A stretch of 64,000 nt of DNA from positions 96,001-160,000 of the IMG/VR virus record IMGVR_UViG_3300032304_002285; one strand, 5' to 3'. Below are positions 22,932-32,284 of the stretch, piece after piece. Within the stretch, counting starts at the first letter, position 1; each line of letters opens with the position of its first letter. The DNA is from a virus. The notes under the pieces were generated by a model. It did no database searches. It worked only from the letters and a program-made list of their open reading frames with translations, and was not told the DNA's origin. Both the position numbers and the translations under genes were made by a program.

Positions 22932-24026
22932 GTGGAACTTGGAATTAAAGAACAGCTTCGGTATCGAGATATTTCCTGGTTAATGTCAGGGGTAGATATC
23001 GAAGCTGTTATGGGAAAGCTAGGGACTAAGATTCATGGATGGTCAGGGGATCGTGTCATAGGATTTTGCCCTGACCATCATCTTTTCATTAATAGGAGAC
23101 CGTCCCACCCTAGATGGATGTTAAGCATTAAGACTGGAGAGACTTTTTGTTTAACGGAAGGCAGGGGAAGCAATCTTCTTTGGACAATTTGCCGTCTCTT
23201 TGATTGTTCTCCTAAAGATGCGATTAGCATTATAACGGGGGAAGAGTCTGGGTCTTTGACTGAACAGAGGATTCAGTTGAATTCCATTCGGGGTAGATTG
23301 CGGAGGATGCGTGAGGTTGAAGAAGTGGTTGCTCCTAAGATCGTTCAGGGGTTGGACGATATTGGTAAGGATTTGGTAGAAAAGCCAATTTCCCAGAGGT
23401 GCTACGATTTTTTCATTAAGCCTCCCAATAAGCCTCATCCAACTAACATAAAAAAAGAGACGGTTGATCGGTATAGTATCTTTGAAAGAACGTGGGGGTA
23501 CTATTCGGATAGGGCTATTATTCCTTTTTACATGAGGAAGGAGCTTAAGGGTTTTGCTGCTATAGATCTTCTTGGGGAAGACGAGTGGAAGAAGAAGCAT
23601 CCTTTGTCCGATAATTACAGGAAGACTCTTACAGCTATAAACTTTCAGGTGGCAGAATATCTATTTGGCTTTGATGATTGTCAGAAGGGTGCAGACTGGC
23701 TAATCGTCACAGAAGGTCCCAGAGAAGTCATGAAGCTTTGGCAGGAGGGGTTTCCTAATGCTGTTGCTACTTTGGGGATAAACATTGCCCCAGGCCAGCA
23801 TAGGCTTTTTGCCGAGTTGATGCCCAAAAACATTGTTCTGATGTATGATGGGGATGCACGAGGTCTGGCTGCAATGGATAAGATCGGAGAGAGTTTTGTA
23901 AGAATTTTTGGAAAAAAACACGTTCATAAGTGCCTCTGCCCCAATGGTTATGATCCTAAGAACTTATCAGCCAATGAGTTAATTTCCCTATTTAATGGGT
24001 TGAAAGATAAGGGTTTTGGAGTATAA
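22932..24026 (+). CDS. dnaG: DnaG-type DNA primase (Zn-binding N-terminus + TOPRIM)
   Basis: FCPDH...HP N-terminus; LIVTEG, NAVATLG, VLMYDGD TOPRIM motifs. Confidence 0.85.
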   Translation: MELGIKEQLRYRDISWLMSGVDIEAVMGKLGTKIHGWSGDRVIGFCPDHHLFINRRPSHPRWMLSIKTGETFCLTEGRGSNLLWTICRLFDCSPKDAISIITGEESGSLTEQRIQLNSIRGRLRRMREVEEVVAPKIVQGLDDIGKDLVEKPISQRCYDFFIKPPNKPHPTNIKKETVDRYSIFERTWGYYSDRAIIPFYMRKELKGFAAIDLLGEDEWKKKHPLSDNYRKTLTAINFQVAEYLFGFDDCQKGADWLIVTEGPREVMKLWQEGFPNAVATLGINIAPGQHRLFAELMPKNIVLMYDGDARGLAAMDKIGESFVRIFGKKHVHKCLCPNGYDPKNLSANELISLFNGLKDKGFGV

Positions 24027-24096
24027 TTGAGTGGTTGGCTTTATTAGGCTTTGAATAGGCTGCCGAATTATCGGCTTGTAGAAAAAAGGCGTGGGT

Positions 24097-24858
24097 ATGT
24101 CAGACAATATTGCTCGTTTCCCTGTTTCTCTCCTTGATTTGGTTAGTTATTTTAATGGGACCAATCGGTGTAAAGACCCGAATTGTCGTTGCCATTTAGC
24201 TATGGCTAATCACTCTCACCTTGTCGAATCTTCCCCCATTGTCCGGGTCCCTGTCACTCAGAAGCATGCTGTTGCCATTCTTTCTGGCAAGTTTGTTTGT
24301 GAGGACAAAAACTGCAAGTGTCACAAAAGTAGTGCTTATATTGGCGATGCTTTCTATGAATCAATAAATAAATTGGTTTGGAAGTTGGCTAATAAATATG
24401 CAATCACTTGCAAATTAGATGACGTGAAGGACTTGGGAGGTATTTGTTTTAATCGAATCGTCAAGATGCTTCACAAGTATGATCCAAAGTACGAGTTCTC
24501 TACTTGGGTTTGGACGGTTTGTGAAAACATCCTTCGCCATCAGTGCGAGAAGACTAAGAGGTATATTGACGTTTTTCAGCCGGTTGACGATGATACTAAT
24601 TTAATTGGCAAGAAAGAAGGTGATTCTTTTCTTTTTGCTGAAATGGTATCAGCCATTGATGACTTGAAAGAAGAGTTCCCGGCTTGGGAGGGCTTCTTGA
24701 CTGCTTTATTTGGTAATACAAAGGAGGCTGGGTATTGCATGCCCGATGCTGTTTGTATTGCCAAGTCTGCTCGTGTTGCTGGAAGATCTTACAATGAGGT
24801 TCACCTCTTTATGAAAGAGGTTGTGAGACCTTTTTTTTCTGAGAGATTCGGGTTGTGA
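24097..24858 (+). CDS. Phage-encoded sigma70-family factor (region 2 plus a possible region-4 HTH)
   Basis: LVWKLANKY...DDVKDL....F...VKML.KYDPKY.FSTWVW matches region 2 (D.....F.TY pattern). Confidence 0.7.
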   Translation: MSDNIARFPVSLLDLVSYFNGTNRCKDPNCRCHLAMANHSHLVESSPIVRVPVTQKHAVAILSGKFVCEDKNCKCHKSSAYIGDAFYESINKLVWKLANKYAITCKLDDVKDLGGICFNRIVKMLHKYDPKYEFSTWVWTVCENILRHQCEKTKRYIDVFQPVDDDTNLIGKKEGDSFLFAEMVSAIDDLKEEFPAWEGFLTALFGNTKEAGYCMPDAVCIAKSARVAGRSYNEVHLFMKEVVRPFFSERFGL

Positions 24859-24889
24859 TTTAACTGAAGAGAAGAGGAGATGTAAAAAA

Positions 24890-25648
24890 ATGGGAACGGA
24901 AGAGGCTGAGAAGAGTGTTGTTGCTGGAGCAAAGGTTCATCATTCGGCTACTTGCTGGGGACATTTTGATAAGAAAGCCAAGGAATGCTCACAGTGCTTG
25001 GTTTTCCAAGCGTGTCTGGAGGCTACTGTCAATATTAACACGCTACAGGCTTCTCCTGCTAAGGCAAAGCCGGTAGCTACAGTTACTCCTGCTCCTGTGG
25101 TTATTGCTACTCCTGTGGCTCCTGTTGTTGCTTCTGGGTGTGTTGCGTCCTCTTCTCCTGTCCATAAGAAAGTGGTTAAGCCAGAAATTTTGGCGACTCC
25201 TGTTAGGACGGCTGATGTTGAGGTTGTGAAAAAACAGGAAGAGGATGTTCCTGTTGAAGAAATTAAGATTGAGGTAAAAAAGGAAGAGCCAAAGGTTCTT
25301 GCGATTGTCCCGGAAGTTGCTCCTGTGTTGGTTGTGGAGCCTCAGAAGGATGATTTGGATCAGCTTCCTATCATTAACATGTTGAAGGAAAAGCTTGGAG
25401 TAGAGCCGAATGTTAAGGGTGGGTTTGGTTCTGATGTCTATCTCTTCATTTATGGAGAGGATAAGGGTTTGCAGGTTGTCCTTCAAAAGGCATCTGGTGA
25501 TGCTGTTTTCATGAATAAGGACGGGGTTAAGAAGGAGTTTTCTTATTTTAAGACAGTGAAGGTAAAGGGAGGGAAGCCAACGAAAGAAAGGCTTTCGTAT
25601 CAAGAGAAGACCAAGAAGATTCAAGAAATCTTTGACGCTGTTCTCTAA
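24890..25648 (+). CDS. Hypothetical protein: N-terminal Cys4 finger, Pro/Val/Ala/Glu linker, C-terminal globular domain
   Basis: CWGHFDKKAKECSQCLVFQAC at 24953-25015; RBS GAGGAG. Confidence 0.75.
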   Translation: MGTEEAEKSVVAGAKVHHSATCWGHFDKKAKECSQCLVFQACLEATVNINTLQASPAKAKPVATVTPAPVVIATPVAPVVASGCVASSSPVHKKVVKPEILATPVRTADVEVVKKQEEDVPVEEIKIEVKKEEPKVLAIVPEVAPVLVVEPQKDDLDQLPIINMLKEKLGVEPNVKGGFGSDVYLFIYGEDKGLQVVLQKASGDAVFMNKDGVKKEFSYFKTVKVKGGKPTKERLSYQEKTKKIQEIFDAVL

Positions 25649-25649
25649 T

Positions 25650-26549
25650 ATGTATACGATTGACTTTCCTTATTATCAGCCTCCTTTTCCGGAATATAAT
25701 CCGGTCCAAAGTGCTGTAATTCCGTTCATTGATAAAGATATGAACGTGGTTGCAGCATTTGGAACAGCAACAGGGAAGACAGTCTTAGCCGAATGTGCTT
25801 TTGCTTATCACTTAAGTCAAAATGATTCGGCTAGGGTTGTCTTTGTCTGTCCTTTCCGTAGCCTTAGTGAGGAAAAGTTTAAGGCTTGGAAAGCGAACGA
25901 TCAATTGTCTAAGTACTCTGTGGTTATTAGCACTAGTGACCATGGAACTACTCCTGAGGAATTCATACAGGGGAGATTGTCGATTGTAACCTCAGAGTCT
26001 TTTGATTCAAAGGTTCGGGGAAGTCGGTACCGGGATTGGGTCAATTCAATTACTTGTGTTGTAGTTGATGAGGCTCATATCATGGGGGAAAGAAATGGTT
26101 CGATAGAGACATCATTGATGAGAATAACCAAGATAAATCCTCAAGCGAGGATTATTCTTCTTTCTGCTACGCTGGGTAATGCTATAGATTTGGCGAAGTG
26201 GTTGAAGAAGCTGAATGGTAAAACAACGAAATGTTTTACTAGTAGTTGGAGACCAACAGCTATTACTACTGAAATTCATGTGGTAGAGGATGGATATCAG
26301 GATAAGATAGATAAGGCTGTTGAGCTTGCTTCTAATAATGAAGGGAAGATCATTATTTTTGTTCATTCAAAGGTTCTTGGTGCTGATATATGCAAGAGGT
26401 TGAAATCTTCCGGTTTTAGATCTGCTTTCCATAATGCTTCTTTGTCATTTGCTTTAAGAAACAAAATAGAAAAAGCTTTTTCTGATCCAAGATCTGGATT
26501 GGATATTTTGGTCTCAACAAGCACTTTGGGTGCGGGTGTAAATTTATAA
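25650..26549 (+). CDS. Ski2/Hel308-like SF2 helicase, N-terminal part (motifs I-V)
   Basis: GTATGKT, VVVDEAH, LLSATL, IIFVHSK, FHNASL; ends ILVSTSTLGAGVNL-stop. Confidence 0.88.
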   Translation: MYTIDFPYYQPPFPEYNPVQSAVIPFIDKDMNVVAAFGTATGKTVLAECAFAYHLSQNDSARVVFVCPFRSLSEEKFKAWKANDQLSKYSVVISTSDHGTTPEEFIQGRLSIVTSESFDSKVRGSRYRDWVNSITCVVVDEAHIMGERNGSIETSLMRITKINPQARIILLSATLGNAIDLAKWLKKLNGKTTKCFTSSWRPTAITTEIHVVEDGYQDKIDKAVELASNNEGKIIIFVHSKVLGADICKRLKSSGFRSAFHNASLSFALRNKIEKAFSDPRSGLDILVSTSTLGAGVNL

Positions 26550-26560
26550 TATGGTGTTTT

Positions 26561-27115
26561 ATGTCTTTGCAGGAAATTAAAGAAAATTGTTTGTCTTGTA
26601 AAGCTTGCCCTTTAGGTGGCAGGGGAGTTGTTTTTTCTAATATGAATGAACAAGCTTCTATCATGGTTATTGGTCAGAGTCCGGGAAAGGACGAGGTAAG
26701 GGAGGGAGAGCCTTTCGTTGGGGTTTCTGGTAAGAATTTTGATGAAGCAATAAAAGAACATGTTGGGCTAAACCGTTCATTCTTTTATTTTTCAAATGTA
26801 ATTCGGTGTTTGGTTCCGGAAAAGTATTTACTTACAGAGCAGAATTTTTCAGCTTGTCGAGTTCATCTTGATAGAGAGATAAAGGAAGTCAATCCAGTTT
26901 TGATTGTTACTTTGGGATCATCAGCTTTCGAGTCATTAACAGGGATGCATGGCTTGATGAAGCATCATGGGAAGTTTATTATTTCTTCCCGATATATGAT
27001 TCCGGTTCTTCCTTTGTTGCATCCTTCTCCTTTGGTGATGAACAATGTGGAGACTAGAGATCTTTTTATTAAAGACTTAAAGAAGATTCGGGAGTTTATT
27101 TCACAAAATGGCTGA
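26561..27115 (+). CDS. udg: Uracil-DNA glycosylase, family 4 (Fe-S type)
   Basis: C..C..CPL, IMVIGQSPG..E...G.PFVG.SG, SNVIRC, EI..V.P..IVTLG, LLHPS. Confidence 0.9.
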   Translation: MSLQEIKENCLSCKACPLGGRGVVFSNMNEQASIMVIGQSPGKDEVREGEPFVGVSGKNFDEAIKEHVGLNRSFFYFSNVIRCLVPEKYLLTEQNFSACRVHLDREIKEVNPVLIVTLGSSAFESLTGMHGLMKHHGKFIISSRYMIPVLPLLHPSPLVMNNVETRDLFIKDLKKIREFISQNG

Positions 27116-28094
27116 TAGAGTAATTATTGTTGGCGCAAGTCGGCGTGGTGAGAGAATTCCCATTGGAAGTTTACGCCAAATGTGCGGACGAGCGGGAAGA
27201 GGGCATGAGTTAGGGGAGTGCCATGCTGATTTAATTGTGGCTGAAAGCGATGCTGATTATGTAGAGAATGGATTAAATCTTGCAAGTGAGTTGAGCATAT
27301 CTTCTGTCTTGAGTAAAAAGAATCTTTTGGCTTTTCATATTCTTCCTGAGATTGCATCAGAAGAAGTTTTGGATGTAGTTAGTGCTGAGTTATGGCATGA
27401 AAGAAGTTTTCATTCTTATCTTGGATTTGAGGTTAAGTGGGAAAAGATTTTTGAGTTTTTGTCTGAGCATGGTTGTGTAATTTGGGATGGTAATTTCGTA
27501 AAGATTACTCCTCTGGGGAGTATTACTGCTTCTTATTATTTCCATTCTTCAGATGTTTGTGATTGGAAGAATAATTTCTCTTTCATTTTTGAGCTTGGCT
27601 TAGAGAATGATGATCTTGCCTTGGCTTGGGCTTTGGGTAATGTAAGGAACAATCGTCGTTCTGGTGATTGTAGCAAGTTGGGTGAGATAATAGAGGATTG
27701 TCGCAACCGTCTTCCTGTTCCCTTGGAGATAGATGATGGTTGTGTATTGACTGTTCTTTTATGGTGGCATGTTTTTGGTGGTCCTCCGGTTGGCAAGTTA
27801 AAGAATCAATCAATCGAGTTAAAGAGTGACTTTGGAAGAATTTACAAGGTTCTTTCTGCTATTGATTCTGATGTATCTAATTGGGGAATGCAGAGTTTTT
27901 TTGATGATCTTTTGCTTAGGTCTAAAAAAGCAATTTCTTCGGAGCTTGTCAAACTTATCAAAATCGGCGGTATAACAAAGGGACAGGCAATAGCCCTAAA
28001 GGATAGGGGTATTAGCAATCGTAAGGAATTATTGGAGTCTAAAGAGCATATGGACCTTACAGATGTTCTAGGAGAGGGATATGACTTTTCCTGA
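27108..28094 (+). CDS. Ski2/Hel308-like helicase, C-terminal part (motif VI, winged-helix/ratchet region, HhH)
   Basis: Begins MADRVIIVG; QMCGRAGRG (motif VI); ITPLG.I.A.YY; C-terminal LIKIGGI..GQA..L...GI. Confidence 0.85.
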   Translation: MADRVIIVGASRRGERIPIGSLRQMCGRAGRGHELGECHADLIVAESDADYVENGLNLASELSISSVLSKKNLLAFHILPEIASEEVLDVVSAELWHERSFHSYLGFEVKWEKIFEFLSEHGCVIWDGNFVKITPLGSITASYYFHSSDVCDWKNNFSFIFELGLENDDLALAWALGNVRNNRRSGDCSKLGEIIEDCRNRLPVPLEIDDGCVLTVLLWWHVFGGPPVGKLKNQSIELKSDFGRIYKVLSAIDSDVSNWGMQSFFDDLLLRSKKAISSELVKLIKIGGITKGQAIALKDRGISNRKELLESKEHMDLTDVLGEGYDFS

Positions 28095-28539
28095 AAGGGC
28101 TGTTTTGACTTGTGCATCCCGGCTTAAATCCGGAAAGGTTTACGAAAGTGATATTCGTAATATCTTGAAGTGCATAAAAGTTGATGTTTCCCCGATAGAG
28201 CCTTTTTTAAATCATGTAGATTCCCTTGTACGGATGGCTGCAATTAGGATTATAGGGGCAAAGGGGAATGTTAGTTTGTTGTTTAATGTGTTGAGAGACG
28301 AGCAAGATAAATCAATTGTATTTGAGGCTATGAGGCATCTAGGGAAGCGAGGGGGAAATCTTGAAGATCTAGTTGGGATTTTAGAATCAAATGATTCTAT
28401 GATGAAGCAAGAAGCTATCGCCATGTTTAGACGTTCGGGAAATGTTGATTGTTTGTTCCCGTTATTATTTGATCAGGATCAAAATATAGTTAGTCAAGTC
28501 AAGGAGTATTTTGATGAGCGAGAAAGAAAATGTGTTTAG
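28081..28539 (+). CDS. HEAT-repeat protein
   Basis: Repeated L...D..VR.AA...LG helical units. Confidence 0.65.
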   Translation: MTFPERAVLTCASRLKSGKVYESDIRNILKCIKVDVSPIEPFLNHVDSLVRMAAIRIIGAKGNVSLLFNVLRDEQDKSIVFEAMRHLGKRGGNLEDLVGILESNDSMMKQEAIAMFRRSGNVDCLFPLLFDQDQNIVSQVKEYFDERERKCV

Positions 28540-29197
28540 GGTTCCGGTTCCTAAGAACAACGTAGAATATTTCATTGGGATGGTTTATTCGTTTTCTGAG
28601 CTTTGTGGGATAAATAAGATTCCTGAGCTTCATCATCAAATTGAATTGTTAGCAAGAGCGGCTGACGTTCATTTGTATGAGAAGGATAAGGGACCCGTTA
28701 AGAATCCGGTTAACGATGAGAAAAAGAGGTTTATTTCAAGCTTCAAGAATCGGTTTTTGGTTAATTTGGGATATGAATATCCTAACACCATAAAACCTCT
28801 TGATTCTAAAATGATTGACCAGTTTATTTCCGGGAAAATTAGTCAAAATCACATTGATGCAGATTTTTACTTGGCTTGGTTTTTCGATGACTATCTTGAA
28901 GAGCGTCAATACTTGAATCCTCCGGAATTTACGACTGCTGTTTCTTCAAAAGCTTGGAACACCTTTATCTATGACAATAAGGATGCAATTAAGACGAAAA
29001 AAGAAGAGTTTATGCAGCAATCTGAAAGCATTAATTTGATTAATCGGGCTAGGGTTGTTGCTCGTTCTACAGAAGATATGGAAATTAGAACAAAAGTTTT
29101 GGAAATCCTAAAAAAGTTTCGGGACAAGGGTATAATGATTGCAGAGTTCAGGAAGGAAGTTCAGATTTTGGAAAATCAGATTAAGTCGAATCAGTAA
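28514..29197 (+). CDS. Hypothetical protein
   Basis: Long coupled ORF; no recognised motif. Confidence 0.7.
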   Translation: MSEKENVFRVPVPKNNVEYFIGMVYSFSELCGINKIPELHHQIELLARAADVHLYEKDKGPVKNPVNDEKKRFISSFKNRFLVNLGYEYPNTIKPLDSKMIDQFISGKISQNHIDADFYLAWFFDDYLEERQYLNPPEFTTAVSSKAWNTFIYDNKDAIKTKKEEFMQQSESINLINRARVVARSTEDMEIRTKVLEILKKFRDKGIMIAEFRKEVQILENQIKSNQ

Positions 29198-29207
29198 AGG
29201 AGTTTTT

Positions 29208-29789
29208 ATGACAATGGCTGTGATTCAAAATATTGCTGAAATGTCTATGAAATTAGGCCAGCAAGACATTTGTGGGATTCGTCTTGAGGATGCAGGTCCA
29301 GATCTTCTTGACGTTAGTAAGCTTGATTTGGATATGCATGTTATTATGCAACCAAACGCAATTGCTTATTATGGTGCAGTGAAGAAGGAAGCTAGTAGGC
29401 AGTTGAGTAATTTAAAGAAGGCTTATGATCGTTGGTCTAAGAAGAAATATGCAGAAGCTAAGGCTAGTCTTGGTGCTGGAACCGGGAAAACCACCGTAGC
29501 AGATATTGAGGCAAGATTCATCGTTGATAATGAGATTCAGATTGAGGATTGGGAAAGGCGGATTGAGGAAGCTCAATTTGATTATGATACGATGGATTCA
29601 TATCTTGAGGCTTGGAGGCAAAAATCCTTTACGATCCGTGAATATGCCAATTTAAACAACATGGAAAACTATAACTCTAATTCCTCTTTGTCTGAGGAAA
29701 AGGCAAGGAATACGGGTTCGATGACAAGCAGTGTTAGTAGGGTTAAATCTGTGATTAGGCAAAGGCATGAGGAAAAACTTCAAGGCTAA
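29208..29789 (+). CDS. UvsY-like recombination mediator
   Basis: Helical protein with ..TVADIEA.. and ..LEAWRQKSF.. patterns, next to SSB and RecA; RBS AAGGAG. Confidence 0.55.
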   Translation: MTMAVIQNIAEMSMKLGQQDICGIRLEDAGPDLLDVSKLDLDMHVIMQPNAIAYYGAVKKEASRQLSNLKKAYDRWSKKKYAEAKASLGAGTGKTTVADIEARFIVDNEIQIEDWERRIEEAQFDYDTMDSYLEAWRQKSFTIREYANLNNMENYNSNSSLSEEKARNTGSMTSSVSRVKSVIRQRHEEKLQG

Positions 29790-29826
29790 TGCCAAGGTAA
29801 AAAAAGGCAAACAAGGGAGTAGCGTC

Positions 29827-30768
29827 ATGAGTAGCGTACTGGACAAGATTCGTCGGATGAAGGAACGGGAACCGGTTCGGACTAACTTCAGTTCTTTCCG
29901 GGGTATCTTCCATTCTTGGAAAGATGCTGATAACATTGTCCGTCTGGTTGGGGAAATGACTGAGGTTCATACTCACTATGTTTGTCCCAATCCGAAACGT
30001 GGGGAACGTGGGCTGTGCCAAGGCAAGTCTTTTCAGGGTGAAGGGAAGATTCCCGCTACGGTGAATTGCCTTGATTGGGACATTGCCAAGGAAGAAATGA
30101 AGAAGGATCGTACTTGCCCCTTCTGCAAGCTTTCTGCTTTGGCAAAACAGGCTCTTAAGGAGAACCCCAACGCTGAAGAGAAGAAGTTCTTTGAGGCTCT
30201 TAAGCAGGCTTCTTATGCTCGTGTTGCTTTGAAGTGGAACATTATTGATCGTGATGACCCGTATATCATCAAGGTTGATAATGGGAACGAAATCAAGGTC
30301 CCTGGTTTGAAGATTGCTACGGTTGGAAAGGAATTGTGGCGTGATATCGAAGGTGTCTTCAATCAGTGTGGTTTTGATATCACTGATACTGATGAAGGCA
30401 TTGATATCTGTGTTACCAAGGGGAGTGGGGCTAAGACTACTTATGCAGCTAAGGCTGTATTGTTTGGGAAGCCTCTTTCCGTCAAGGTTACTCCTTTGAC
30501 TGCTGAAGAGCGTTCTTGGGATCTCCATGATTTGAAGACCATTTGTGGTAAGCAAACAGCTTTTGATTTGCTTATGGATGCACTCCATCCTGATCTTCGG
30601 GAGTTGCTGGATCTGAATTCTGGAGAGGAGGAAGCTGCTCCTGCTACTCCTCCTAAGTCTGCTGGGAAGATTCCCCGGAAGATGGCTGAAGAGGAAGAGC
30701 AAGATGATGCTCTTGGTGATGAGGATGAGGATGCAATTGGTGGTTCTTCGGGTGTAAAAAAAAAGTAA
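29827..30768 (+). CDS. T4 gp32-like single-stranded DNA-binding protein (313 aa, acidic tail)
   Basis: IVRLVG, HTHYV, C..., CPFC, NIIDR, G.DI..TK.G...T.Y and acidic C-terminus EEEEQDDALGDEDED; RBS GGGAG before ATG 29827. Confidence 0.7.
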   Translation: MSSVLDKIRRMKEREPVRTNFSSFRGIFHSWKDADNIVRLVGEMTEVHTHYVCPNPKRGERGLCQGKSFQGEGKIPATVNCLDWDIAKEEMKKDRTCPFCKLSALAKQALKENPNAEEKKFFEALKQASYARVALKWNIIDRDDPYIIKVDNGNEIKVPGLKIATVGKELWRDIEGVFNQCGFDITDTDEGIDICVTKGSGAKTTYAAKAVLFGKPLSVKVTPLTAEERSWDLHDLKTICGKQTAFDLLMDALHPDLRELLDLNSGEEEAAPATPPKSAGKIPRKMAEEEEQDDALGDEDEDAIGGSSGVKKK

Positions 30769-31052
30769 CTGAGGTTCAGGAGAAAAAGCCGGAACCGTCA
30801 AGGCAGTCTCAGGTTGCTCCTGTAGAATCTAAGCCTGTTAAGCCAGTTTCGGCTCCTGTTTCCCAGCCAGAACCGGAGAAAGAGATTCCGGTTCTAAAGT
30901 CAGAGTCTTCTGCTAGCTCGAAATCGGCTCTTGATTTCTCAAACATTGATCCTGAAAAAGACTGGGAATGTTTTGGGACTTATGACAAGAAGAGTCATGA
31001 ATGCAAAGAATGCCCATTTGCAGTTAAGTGCGAGCAGAAAAAAGGCGGTTGA
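30765..31052 (+). CDS. Start-less -1-frame extension of the SSB (95 aa, Pro/Glu/Ser linker + Cys4 finger); candidate programmed frameshift product
   Basis: Open -1 frame after the A9G run with no in-frame ATG/GTG/TTG; ends CFGTYDKKSHECKECPFAVKCEQKKGG-stop. Absent from the ORF track. Confidence 0.75.
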   Translation, partial: VTEVQEKKPEPSRQSQVAPVESKPVKPVSAPVSQPEPEKEIPVLKSESSASSKSALDFSNIDPEKDWECFGTYDKKSHECKECPFAVKCEQKKGG

Positions 31053-31067
31053 GATAGAGGTTAAACC

Positions 31068-31095
31068 GGGGGATGGATTGTCCATCCCCTTTTTT
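31068..31095 (+). terminator. Intrinsic terminator
   Basis: GGGGATGGA-ttg-TCCATCCCC followed by T6. Confidence 0.8.
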
Positions 31096-31108
31096 AGGAG
31101 AGTGGTTT

Positions 31109-32284
31109 ATGGCTTCAAATATTCAGATGACTCCTGATCGGCAAAAGCGGTTTGAACGGTTGCGGAAGATTTGTGATACGATTAAGAAGGCTGAAAAAGC
31201 CCAGGATATTATTACCTTTTTGGGTTCTGGTGATACTATTCCTATTGCTCGTTTTTCTTCTGGTTGTCCCGAATTGGATTCTGCATTGGGAGGAGGTTGG
31301 CCAAAGGGGAGGTTTATTGAACTTTTTGGGCCTGAATCTGGCGGTAAATCCACTACCTGCTTGCATGCTATCGCTGAGTTCCAAAAAGATGCTCCGGATG
31401 AAGATGTTGCTTTGGTTGACACTGAGTTTTCATTTGATGAAGAGTATGCTAGGAATTTGGGTGTAGATACTGATTTGCTTCTTGTGAATCAGCCTGAAAG
31501 TGGTGAACAGGCTCTTAAGGTTGTTCGTCATTTGATTCAGCTTGGGGTTGGTCTTATCATTGTCGATTCGGTTGCTGCTTTGACTCCTCAGGCTGAGCTT
31601 GATGGTGACATTGGCGATCAACATGTTGGGCAACAAGCTCGCTTGATGTCTCAAACAATGCGAATTCTTTGCGCTGAGGCTGGTAAGCGGGGTACTACTA
31701 TCTTTTGGACCAATCAGATGCGTGAAAAGATTGGTGTCATGTATGGGGATAAAACAACAACTCCCGGTGGTAGAGCCTTGCGCCATTACGCTTCTATTCG
31801 GGTGAATATCTCTTCTATTTCAAAAGAGAAGGATGGAGAGATTATTGTTGGGAGCAAGGTTCAGGCAGATGTAAAGAAGAACAAGACTGCTGCTCCTTTC
31901 AAGAAGGCTATCTTCTACATTTCCTTTGGAACAGGAATTGATCGGGTTGCTGCTATTTGCGATAAGGCAATTGCGATTAAGGTTGTTACAAAGAGAGGGG
32001 CAAAAATCTCTTATAAGGATCAAGTTGTTGGAGCAGGCAGAAAAGACTTCATTGATTTTGCTAAGAAAACCCCACAATTCTTTGCAGAATTGGAGGAGGC
32101 TGTAAAAAATGCTCCTAAAGATCCGGTAGATGCTTTGGAGGCAGAGGAAGGGGAATCTGCTGTTGCTATCAAAAAGCCAAAGGGGATGATTAAGAGAACC
32201 CCTGTGACTTCTTTAGAGGAGGCTCTTCCCGATGGTAGCGTTAAACAAGTAGATGCGGAATTGGTGGAGGAACAAGATGCCTGA
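31109..32284 (+). CDS. recA: RecA recombinase
   Basis: LDSALGGGWPKGR.IELFGPESGGKST, IIVDSVAAL, QARLMSQ, NQ.REKIGVMYG...TTPGG.AL.HYASIR, KNKTAAPFK. Confidence 0.97.
   Translation: MASNIQMTPDRQKRFERLRKICDTIKKAEKAQDIITFLGSGDTIPIARFSSGCPELDSALGGGWPKGRFIELFGPESGGKSTTCLHAIAEFQKDAPDEDVALVDTEFSFDEEYARNLGVDTDLLLVNQPESGEQALKVVRHLIQLGVGLIIVDSVAALTPQAELDGDIGDQHVGQQARLMSQTMRILCAEAGKRGTTIFWTNQMREKIGVMYGDKTTTPGGRALRHYASIRVNISSISKEKDGEIIVGSKVQADVKKNKTAAPFKKAIFYISFGTGIDRVAAICDKAIAIKVVTKRGAKISYKDQVVGAGRKDFIDFAKKTPQFFAELEEAVKNAPKDPVDALEAEEGESAVAIKKPKGMIKRTPVTSLEEALPDGSVKQVDAELVEEQDA

Noticed and set aside
26547-27107. UDG insert as a self-splicing intron or intein in the helicase
   Set aside because: The 561-nt gap is almost all UDG coding sequence, leaving no room for intron core structure. 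No intein motifs occur at either junction.
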